This document shows positions 10,150 through 21,100 of a DNA stretch of 64,000 bases, piece after piece; positions within the stretch are counted from its first letter, which is position 1, and each line of letters starts with the position of its first letter. Below the pieces are notes generated by a model. The model had not been told where the DNA came from and did not search any database. It was given only the letters and a program-made list of their open reading frames with translations. The position numbers were made by a program, and so were the translations under genes. The stretch lies in contig NIVC01000730.1 in assembly GCA_002269645.1 (NCBI GenBank), forward strand, positions 186,001 through 250,000, read 5' to 3'. The stretch is from Macrostomum lignano. Its lineage: Eukaryota.

Positions 10150-12064
10150 GTTTTTAAATGAGGCTTCTATGATTTTTTCATGACGCTTCTATGATTTTTT
10201 ACATGACGCTTCTATGATTTTTTACATGACGCTTCTATGATTGTTTACATTACGCTTCTATGATTGTTTACATGACGCTTCTATGATTTTTATATGACGC
10301 TTCTATGATTGTTTACATAGCGCTTCTATGATTGTTTACATGACGCTTCTATGATTTTTAAATGACGCTTCTATGATTTTTTCATGACGCTTCTATGATT
10401 GTTTACATGACGCTTCTATGATTGTTTACATGACGCTTCTATGATTTTTATATGACGCTTCTACGATTTTTTACCTGGCGCTTCTATGATTGTTTACATG
10501 ACGCTTCTATGATTTTTAAATGAGGCTTCTTTATTGTTTACATGACGCTTCTATGATTGTTTACATGACGCTTCTATGATTTTTTACATGACGCTTCTAT
10601 GATTCATTACATGACGCTTCTATGATTTTTTACATGACGCTTCTATGATTTTTATCTGACGCTTTTACGATTTTTTACATGGCGCTTCTATGATGGTTTA
10701 CATGACGCTTCTATGATTGTTTACATAGCGCTTCTATGGTTGTTTACATGACGCTTCTATGATTTTTTACATGACGCTTCTATGATTTTTTCATGACGCT
10801 GCTACGATTTTTTACATGACGCTTCTATGATTGTTTACATGACGCTTTTGTGATTTTTACATGACGCTTCTATGATTTTTTACATGACGCTTCTATGATT
10901 TTTTCATGACGCTTCTATGATTTTTTACATGACGCTTCTATGATTTTTTACATGACGCTTCTATGATTGTTTACATGACGCTTCTATGATTGTTTACATG
11001 ACGCTTCTATGATTGTTTACATGACGCTTCTATGATTTTTTAAATGACGCTTCTATGATTGTTTACATGACGCTTCTATGATTGTTTACATGACGCTTCT
11101 ATGATTGTTTACATGACGCTTCTATGATTTTTTATATGACGCTTCTATGATTGTTTACATGACGCTTCTATGATTGTTTACATGACGCTTTTGTGATTTT
11201 TACATGACGCTTCTATGATTTTTTACATGACGCTTCTATGATTTTTTCATGACGCTTCTATGATTTTTTAAAAATGACGCTTCTATGATTTTTATATAAC
11301 GCTTCTGCGATTTTTTACATGGCGCTTCTATGATTGTTTACATGACGCTTCTATGATTTTTTAAATGACGCTTCTATGATTTTTTAAATGACGCTTCTAT
11401 GATTTTTTACATGGCGCTTCTATGATTGTTTACATGACGCTTCTATGATTTTTGACATGACGCTTCTACGATTTTTTACATGGCGCTTCTATGATTGTTT
11501 ACATGACGCTTCTATGATTTTTTATATGACGCTTCTATGATTGTTTACATGACGCTTCTATGATTTTTTATATGACGCTTCTATGATTGTTTACATGACG
11601 CTTGTATGACTGTTTACATGACGCTTCTATGATTGTTTACATGACGCTTCTATGATTGTTTACATGAAGCTTCTATGATTGTTTACATGACGCTTCTATG
11701 ATTTTTTATATGACGCTTCTATGATTGTTTACATGACGCTTCTATGATTTTTTATATGACGCTTCTATGATTGTTTACATGACGCTTCTATGATTGTTTA
11801 CATGACGCTTCTATGATTGTTTACATGACGCTTCTATGATTGTTTACATGAAGCTTCTATGATTGTTTACATGACGCTTCTATGATTTTTTAAAAATGAC
11901 GCTTCTATGATTTTTATATAACGCTTCTGCGATTTTTTACATGGCGCTTCTATGATTGTTTACATGACGCTTCTATGATTTTTCAAATGACGCTTCTATG
12001 ATTTTTTACATGGCGCTTCTATGATTGTTTACATGACGCTTCTATGATTTTTACACGACGCTTC
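10150..12064 (-). repeat. 23-bp satellite (ACATGACGCTTCTATGATTGTTT on +), about 83 units
   Basis: Period 23 with 22/24 variants; one CpG and one TGACG per unit. Confidence 0.97.
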
Positions 12065-13189
12065 TTTTTAAAAAGTCTTTTAGTTTTCCTGACGTTGAAA
12101 AGCTTTAATTAAAGAAATTATACTCTATGAAAATTCGAACCATCGTTGCTGCATTTAGCAGTTCAGTTTGTTCACCTCTAGGCTAGCTCTCATCGTTTTG
12201 ATATCATCAAATTTTTCACTTATATAATTTAACACTTTAAAATCCAAGCATAAAGTAAATCACACGAAGCAGTTATGACATAATCAGTTTCTCAGTCAGT
12301 CAGTATCAGTTAACAATATGGTTACGCAATTTAAATCAAGTCTGGTGCTACGCTTCCACACTGTATTTTCAATTCAAGTCGGAGTTACAATTCAGTTATG
12401 ATGCAATCTATTTCAGAATCAGAATTCAACCAGTCAGTTTTTTCTCTAGCATTCTTAGAATGTATTTTTCAAGTCGAAAGAGCTGCTTGACCTTTGCAAA
12501 AAAGCATGTTTTTCGAATATTTAATGCCTTAAGCATCGAGCAATTTCTTAGCCACGATGCATGTACAGTCACGGGAAAATTTCTGATCGAACAGTGCAAG
12601 TTCGAACAAAATCGGTCCAGCCATTTTTTCTCTAATCGATCACATAGATAGATAGACACAGACAGACAATTTTTAGTATATAGGACTAGCCATTTAGCCC
12701 CCCGCTGGGGAGCCTTAAAAATGACACCCCAGCATTTAAAATGAAAGTGGTTTTTATTTTGGCCCAAGAGTATATAACCTTACTAATTATCCAAAATGTT
12801 GATTTCCATTCATCAAAAATTACTTTTTTTGATTTTTGGCAAAGATAAATTGCCATGAATCAAAACTTTCACCAGCCAAAAAAGTTTCCGACATCAGCCT
12901 AAAACCCTTTCTCAATCAGCGAATAATGCCTATCCTTTCAAGCACAAACTCTTAGTGCATATCGTCATTGGCCTGGGCATATTCTGATCCGCAGCAAATA
13001 TGCAAATCATTGACGGCCTTAGACCCTCTTTTAATTAGCCTACATCAAAGAATGAAACCTTTAATAGATGCGCTGGTATGTCCTATTAGCAGAAATCAGC
13101 ATCACTTGTGTGTACAATTTCATTATCTGAATTACATTAGGTACTTCAGCCGTACTACCTGACTATCTGACAATCGCCCAACAACCTAA

Positions 13190-15200
13190 CATCCCCCAAC
13201 AATTCAGCCATCGTCCATGAGCCTTGGCATCTTAGCAATTCCCCTCCCCCCCAGTAAGCCTTGACATATCAGCAATTCTCCCAGTAAGCCTTTACATCTC
13301 AGCAATTCCCCCAGTAAGCCTTGAAATCTCACCAATTCCCCCAGTAAGCCTTGACATCTCAGCAATTCCACCAGTAAGCCTTGACAAGAATTGCTAAGAA
13401 TTGCTAAGAATACTTGGCTAACAATTGCTAATACTTGCAAGAATTGCTGAGAAGCCTTGAGATCTCAGCAGTTCCCCCAGTAAGCATTGATATCTCAGCA
13501 TTCCCCCAGTAAGCCTTGAAATCTCAGCATTCCCCCAGAAAGCCTTCACATCTTAGCAATTCCCAGTAAGACTTGACAATTCATCAATTCCCCCAGAAAG
13601 CCTTGACATCTCAGCAGTTCCCCCATTAAGCATCGACATCGCAGAAATTAAACTCGAGCCTTGACATCTACGCAGTTCTCTCAGCCGAGTAAGCCTTGAC
13701 ATCCCAACAACTCAACTCCCCTCCCCCAAGAATTCAGCAATCCCCTTATGAGCCTTGATATCTCAGCAATTTCTTCATGAGCCTTGTCAACTCAGCGATT
13801 CCATCCATGAGCTTTGATATCTTAGCAACTCCCATCTTAGCAAGTCTTTAGTTGATGGCAAGTCCTTGGTTGATGGTTAACAGAGTGGTTATTCTATGAT
13901 TAAACCAAAACTGACCCTAAGCCCCTAACCCTAACCCATAAGTGAGTCTTGGCATGTTAGCAATCTCCCCCGTGAGCCTTGAGCCTGAGCATTTAAGTAA
14001 CTTCCTCATAAGCTTTGAAATCTAAATTTCACCGAAAGCCTTAAACTGTCAGCAATTTCCGAAGAGCCAAGGCATATAACTAATTCGACCCTTTAATCTT
14101 AGAAATTCCTTAATGAATCATTTATGATTGACACGACGATGGCTCTATAATTGAACTCAAACCCTAACCCTTAACCTGCAGCCGAGTCACAGCATTTCAG
14201 CAACTCCTTCTCAGCTCAAGAATGTCAGAAATTCCCCAATGAGCTTTTGAAATCTTAGCAATTTTCCCATGAGCATGAAAATTTAGCGACTAACCTTTTG
14301 ATATCTTGGCACTTTCACACGAGTCTTATGATTGAACCCTAACCCTGCCAAGTCACAGCATTTCAGCAATTCCCACTATGAACCACAGCATTTCAACAAT
14401 TACCCAATGAACCTTGACATTTCCTGAATTTCAGCTATTCCCTTTAGGAGCCTTTGAAATCTCAGCCATTCCCCTGTGAACCTTAGTATCTCAGCAATAC
14501 CTAAGAGTCACAGCCTACAGCATTACAGGGATCCCCCGTGAGCTTTGAAATCTCAACTATTCCCCAATGAGCCTTGATATCTCAGCAACTCCTATTTGAG
14601 GCAATATCCCCATGTTTTGCAATCACAGCAATTCCCCCTGAGCCTTGAGCCACAGTATATTTCAGATACCCCCCATGAGCCTTGACATTCCCTAATGAGT
14701 ATTTTATGTAAGACAGGCCTATTCATTTATATGGTTTACGTCTTACTCTTACCCTAAAAATGTCGGCAATTCCCCCAAGAGCCACAGCATTCCAGAAATT
14801 ATCTCCATGAGCCTTGACAGCAAATAATTTTAATGAGCCTTGATACCTCAGCAATTTCTCAAATGAACTTTGAAATCAAAGCAATTCTGCCCAGAATCAC
14901 ATCAGTATATGAATTTCCCTCTGAGCCTTGACAAGACATCTCCGAATTTCTCCCATGGGCCTTGATCTGGCCCATGGCCCAGTAAGCCTTGAAATCTCAA
15001 TAATTCCCTAGTAAGCCTTGACATCTCAGAAATTCCCTCATTAAGATCGACATCGCAGCAATTGAACTCAAGCTTTGAAATCAAAGCAATTCTCCCCAGA
15101 ATCACTGGAATCGAATCCCCAGAATCGCTGAGCCTTGAGATCTTAGAAATTCTCCCATGAGTCTTGATATCACAGAAATTTCCCATACCAGCCTTGAAAT
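13190..15200. repeat. Degenerate ~29-30-bp repeat region (CCCCAGTAAGCCTTGACATCTCAGCAATT); also at about 22075-24085 and 30955-32960
   Basis: GAGCCTTGA(C/A)ATCTCAGCAATT recurs throughout and is cleanest at 13245-13620. Confidence 0.85.
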
Positions 15201-15373
15201 CTTAGCAATTCACATTGAGTATTTTATTCTCGACAGACAGCTTTTTTTATGGTTGACATGGTGATTCTTTTGTCGCTTTTTCTTGTGTTGAGTTTTTTTC
15301 TGTATAAAGTAGCATTTATTAAAATCTTACTTTTCAATTAATTACTCAGAAAAACAAAGAAAAAACAGGTAAA

Positions 15374-15705
15374 CACTTTAGCAATGGTTTACCATCACTT
15401 TAGCAATGGTTTACCATCACTTTAGCAATGGTTCACCAGCAGTTTAGCAATGGTTTAGCATCACTTTAGCAATGGTTCACCAGCAGTTTAGCAATGGTTT
15501 AGAATCACTTTAGCAATGGTTCACCAGCAGTTTAGCAATGGTTCACCAGTAGTTTAGCAATGGTTCACCATCACTTTAGCAATGGTTTACCATCACTTTA
15601 GCAATGGTTTACCATCACTTTAGCAATGGTTCACCAGCAGTTTAGCAATAGTTCACCAGCAGTTTAGCAATGGTTCACCAGCAGTTTAGCAATGGGTTCA
15701 CCGGC
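15374..15705. repeat. 22-bp minisatellite (CACTTTAGCAATGGTTTACCAT), about 15 units; also at 24258-24590 and 33135-33467
   Basis: Direct tandem repeat, period 22. Confidence 0.95.
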
Positions 15706-16800
15706 ACTATTCCGCAAAATCTGCATAGGATACAATCATTATTGTCACAGGTCACAAAGATAAATTCGCTGCTTCAATGCAGGCTCGAACTGCTGACATC
15801 AAAGCATTCTGCTTAGCTTCTGCCGGATACTGCCTGCCTACTGCGGCTGTTTTGCCTATTGACATGTGGTCGAAATAATCTAGTTTAGCAACTTCAGCCG
15901 TTTGAAGTTAACCCCCAGAAATAGGCATTTATCCCTACAACAACCTGAAATTATTTCTGCATTAATCCCGCAAAAAGACTGCAGTTATTTCTTAGCAGCC
16001 GGCATTTATCATCCACTTTTTTTAAAACTTTTATTAAAATTAAGAATGCATGCCCTCAGCGGCATAGAATTGTCCCCTTAGCCAAAAATATTTCACTTAG
16101 CAGCCGCAGAAATCCCCTAAACAACTTGTACTTAATCTTCCACAGTAAATATCCACTCAAAACTCAATAGTTAGTTATAAGCCTCAGAAGTCTGCCATTA
16201 TCCTTTAATTAGTCCGCAGTTTTCCCTCTCAGCAGTCTGCAGCTATACGCTCATACGTCTGGAGGAACTACCTCAGCAGTTTGCAGTTGTTTCCACTTTG
16301 CAATCTGCAATGATCCCTTCGACAGTCTGCAGTTCCCCTCAGCAGTCTGCAGTCATTTCATTTTCAGTCTACAAGTGTTCAATTAACAATTTTCAGTCAT
16401 CCTCTCAGCAGCCTGCAGTTCTTCTCTCAGCCGGCTCCTCAGTCTCCTCTGCAAACTGCAATTTGCTCAGAATTGTACGGCTCACTAATCAATTTTCGAT
16501 ACATATCGGCAGTTTTGAAAATCTCAGCATTTAGCAATACCTTCAGCAGTTTTTTTCAGAATCGTCTGCAGTTTAGCAATTTCATACTTTCATGGAGCTA
16601 GGCAATATACCCATTGATGGGATCAGTACGCTCGTAATACATGTACTTGAAGCAGTTTCTACAAATCAAATTTGCTTATCGACTTGTGCCAAACAGCAAA
16701 AATACGTGTAGTTCATTAAGTGTGCCTTGTTAATTAAGCATAAAAGTTTCAATTAGTCGAAGCACAAGCTAAAATAAATAATTAGTTCAATTTTAATTGT

Positions 16801-16881
16801 CCGCTGCGAGGTAGACTCGAACCTGGGACCTTACGCCTATCCTAAAACTGGTCCTAGTGCCTACAGTGCGGCTACTCCGCC
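16801..16881 (-). ncRNA. tRNA-derived SINE-head-like cassette a (copies at 25685-25765 and 34562-34642)
   Basis: Minus strand GGCGGAGTAGCCGCACTGTAGGC...GGTCCCAGGTTCGAGTC has an A-box-like D-arm and a B-box. The T and acceptor stems do not pair, so it is not an intact tRNA. Confidence 0.6.
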
Positions 16882-17404
16882 TATTGATCGGAGGGCGACA
16901 AAATCAGCCATATATGCTTTGGCATTGCAGTCAAATACACAGCAGTGATAGGCTGCTTAGTGCACGGGTTGTATGCAGGCAGAGCCAATGCGCAGTTAAG
17001 TAAAATCTATAAATTAGATTTAAGTCTGGAGGAACTAATTCACAGTCTGCAGTTCTTCTCTGGCCGGCACCTCAATCCCCTCAGAAAACTGCAATTTGCT
17101 CAGAATTGTACGGCTCACTAATCAATTTTCGATACATATCGGCAGTCTTGAAAAGCTCAGCATTTAGCAGCATTGTCTGCAGTTTAGTAATTTCGTACTT
17201 TTATGGAGCTAGACAATACCCATTGATGGATCAGTTATACTCGAAGCAGTTTTTACAAATCAAATTTGATTAGTGGCTAGTGCCGAGTAGCAAAAAATGA
17301 ATTGCTAATTAATAAAAAAATGTTTCAATTGAAATTAAATAAAAAATGTTTCAATTTGTCCAGGCACAAGCTATAAATTATTGAATTATTTTAATTTTAA
17401 TTAT

Positions 17405-17487
17405 CCACCGGGGAGGCAGACTCGAACCTTGGACCTTACGTCTAGCCTAAACCTAGTCCTAAGTGCCTACACTGCGGCTACTCCGCC
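17405..17487 (-). ncRNA. tRNA-derived SINE-head-like cassette b (copies at 26290-26372 and 35167-35249)
   Basis: Diverged duplicate of cassette a: GGCGGAGTAGCCGCAGTGTAGGC...AGGTTCGAGTCTGCC. Part of an older 600-770-bp internal duplication (about 16250-17030 versus 17020-17620). Confidence 0.6.
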
Positions 17488-18143
17488 TATTGATGGGAGG
17501 ACAACAAAATCAGCCATATATCCTTCAGAACTGCAGTTAAAATACATAGCAGTGATAGGCTGCTCAGTGTGTAGGCGTGCAGGCGGAGCCAATGCACAGT
17601 TGATTGAGTGAAATCTATAAATAGCAATTTTCTATGGAGTCCGCCAGTCAGAGCCAGGGTCAGAATGTACACACGCAGCCACTGAGCATTTTTTCTCCTT
17701 GCACACTGCAACCAGTATTGAAGCTTACACAGTGGAGAGAGAAAAGTTATGGCGCAATCATAATTGGAATTGGAATTCAGCCAGTCCAGTCAAGAATTCA
17801 ACCTAGTTTGCCCTACCATTAAAAGCATTGGGAAAACTCGTTTTTCGAATATTTAATACCTTTAGCATTAAAGCCGATTAAAGAAATTTTAACTGTCTTC
17901 TTTCCAGATAATTACAAATCTTTTTGTAAAAACGCGATTAAAATTGGTCAATTGGTTCTATCTCTAGAACGTTATGCAAATACCAACACAAATTCTCTTC
18001 GAGTGAAAGCCACACGAAGCAGCTATGACATAATCAAATACTCAGGCAGTCAGCATCAGTCTCAATTAAAGTTAGCAATATGGTTACGCAATTTATTATT
18101 ATTATTATTTATTTTTATTATTTATTATTATTATTAATTATTA

Positions 18144-21100
18144 TTCAGTAATTCTCTCTGAGAGTCATTATAGCACTACTACAGCATTATAGCGATTCCC
18201 TGCAAGTCTCGACATCGTTGGGATTCCCAAATGAATCTCTTAACTTCGACATGAAGCTTCTTTTATTTTTTACATTACGCTTTTTTATCAGCGATCCCTC
18301 CCTGAGGAGGCATCAAATAATGTAATAAAAAGTTTTCAATAAACTATATGTAGCTTCTGACTTTAGCCTTGAAATCTCATTTATACCCCGTGAGCCTTGA
18401 CATCTCAGCTATTCCCCCCGTAAGCCTTAACATGTCAGCGATGGCCCCCATAAACCTTGAAATCTAAAAAATCCCTGTTATTCTGTTAACCTTGAAACCC
18501 GATAAAATATAACCCTCAACCCACACCTGACCTAAACCTAACTTTAACCCAACCTAAAGCCTTGAAATCTCAGCAATTCTTCTCCCCTAAGCCTTGACAT
18601 TTTAGTGATTCGATCCTTCTTTAAGAATCACAGCACTATAACGATTTCCACCAAGCTTTGACATCGTAGCAATTCCCAAATGAATCTTTTAACTTCGACA
18701 TGACTTTTCTTTTATGTATACGTAGTGCTACTTAGTGCTACTAGCTGATAGACTCTGCTTCTATCAGCGCCCCCCCCGTGGCGAGCCAACAAAGAATGCA
18801 ATAAAAAATTGAGTAAAGTACATGAACTTTGAAGTAGCTTCTGACTTTTGCTTTGACATCTCAGAAACCCCCCCCCGTAATCTCAGTTTTTCTCTAAGAG
18901 CCTTGACGTCTCAGTAATTCTCCCCAGCACAGCATTATAGCTTCATTTAATTTTTACATGACACCCTTCATGTCTGACATGACGCTTCTTTTATTCTAGC
19001 ATGATGCTTCTTATAATATTTTAAATGACACTTTCATTAGTTTTTAAATGAGGCTTCTATGATTTTTTCATGACGCTTCTATGATTTTTTACATGACGCT
19101 TCTATGATTTTTTACATGACGCTTCTATGATTGTTTACATTACGCTTCTATGATTGTTTACATGACGCTTCTATGATTTTTATATGACGCTTCTATGATT
19201 GTTTACATAGCGCTTCTATGATTGTTTACATGACGCTTCTATGATTTTTAAATGACGCTTCTATGATTTTTTCATGACGCTTCTATGATTGTTTACATGA
19301 CGCTTCTATGATTGTTTACATGACGCTTCTATGATTTTTATATGACGCTTCTACGATTTTTTACCTGGCGCTTCTATGATTGTTTACATGACGCTTCTAT
19401 GATTTTTAAATGAGGCTTCTTTATTGTTTACATGACGCTTCTATGATTGTTTACATGACGCTTCTATGATTTTTTACATGACGCTTCTATGATTCATTAC
19501 ATGACGCTTCTATGATTTTTTACATGACGCTTCTATGATTTTTATCTGACGCTTTTACGATTGTTTACATGACGCTTCTATGATTGTTTACATGACGCTT
19601 CTATGATTGTTTACATGACGCTTCTATGATTTTTTTAAATGACGCTTCTATGATTGTTTACATGACGCTTCTATGATTTTTTACATGACGCTTCTATGAT
19701 TTTTTACATGACGCTTCTATGATTGTTTACATTACGCTTCTATGATTGTTTACATGACGCTTCTATGATTTTTATATGACGCTTCTATGATTTTTACATG
19801 ACGCTTCTATGATTTTTACATGACGCTTCTATGATTTTTAATGACGCTTCTATGATTTTTCATGACGCTTCTATGATTGTTTACATGACGCTTCTATGAT
19901 TGTTTACATGACGCTTCTATGATTTTTATATGACGCTTCTACGATTTTTTACCTGGCGCTTCTATGATTTTTTACATGACGCTTCTATGATTTTTTACAT
20001 GACGCTTCTATGATTGTTTATATGACGCTTCTATGATTGTTTACATGACGCTTCTATGATTGTTTACATGACGCTTTTGTGATTTTTACATGACGCTTCT
20101 ATGATTTTTTACATGACGCTTCTATGATTTTTTCATGACGCTTCTATGATTTTTTAAAAATGACGCTTCTATGATTTTTATATAACGCTTCTGCGATTTT
20201 TTACATGGCGCTTCTATGATTGTTTACATGACGCTTCTATGATTTTTTAAATGACGCTTCTATGATTTTTTAAATGACGCTTCTATGATTTTTTACATGG
20301 CGCTTCTATGATTGTTTACATGACGCTTCTATGATTTTTGACATGACGCTTCTACGATTTTTTACATGGCGCTTCTATGATTGTTTACATGACGCTTCTA
20401 TGATTTTTTATATGACGCTTCTATGATTGTTTACATGACGCTTCTATGATTTTTTATATGACGCTTCTATGATTGTTTACATGACGCTTGTATGACTGTT
20501 TACATGACGCTTCTATGATTGTTTACATGACGCTTCTATGATTGTTTACATGAAGCTTCTATGATTGTTTACATGACGCTTCTATGATTTTTTATATGAC
20601 GCTTCTATGATTGTTTACATGACGCTTCTATGATTTTTTATATGACGCTTCTATGATTGTTTACATGACGCTTCTATGATTGTTTACATGACGCTTCTAT
20701 GATTGTTTACATGACGCTTCTATGATTGTTTACATGAAGCTTCTATGATTGTTTACATGACGCTTCTATGATTTTTTAAAAATGACGCTTCTATGATTTT
20801 TATATAACGCTTCTGCGATTTTTTACATGGCGCTTCTATGATTGTTTACATGACGCTTCTATGATTTTTCAAATGACGCTTCTATGATTTTTTACATGGC
20901 GCTTCTATGATTGTTTACATGACGCTTCTATGATTTTTACACGACGCTTCTTTTTAAAAAGTCTTTTAGTTTTCCTGACGTTGAAAAGCTTTAATTAAAG
21001 AAATTATACTCTATGAAAATTCGAACCATCGTTGCTGCATTTAGCAGTTCAGTTTGTTCACCTCTAGGCTAGCTCTCATCGTTTTGATATCATCAAATTT

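Larger units (their letters stand above)
8962..12685 (-). mobile_element. Non-autonomous Helitron module A (complete)
   Basis: Minus-strand 5' end TCCTATATACTAAAAATTGTCTGTCTGTGTCTATCTATC...GGCTGGACCGATTT at 12685. The 3' end is hairpin GCTCCCCAACGGGGGGC, 8 nt, CTAG (8965-8962), then T. A second internal hairpin+CTAG-T end lies at 9851-9896. No Rep/helicase ORF. Confidence 0.85.
12686..18094 (-). mobile_element. Non-autonomous Helitron module B, copy 1 (5'-truncated by the duplication junction)
   Basis: 3' end hairpin GCTCCCCAGCGGGGGGC, TAAATGG, CTAG (12689-12686) directly abuts the TC 5' end of module A. Confidence 0.8.
9252..18143. repeat. 8.9-kb tandem repeat, copy 1 (includes the 49-nt ATT-rich junction filler 18095-18143)
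   Basis: Sequence and ORF track recur at offsets of about 8886 and 8880. Confidence 0.95.

Noticed and set aside
10150-12064. CRISPR-like appearance of the 23-bp and other arrays
   Set aside because: Units are contiguous with no unique spacers, there are no cas genes, and the context is eukaryotic.
16801-17487. Functional tRNA genes
   Set aside because: A/B boxes are present, but the T, anticodon and acceptor stems do not pair.
12426-17822. Short ORFs repeated in each 8.9-kb unit; possible Rep/helicase
   Set aside because: No HUH or PIF1-helicase motifs. The ORFs cross element junctions and repeats, so the Helitrons are non-autonomous.
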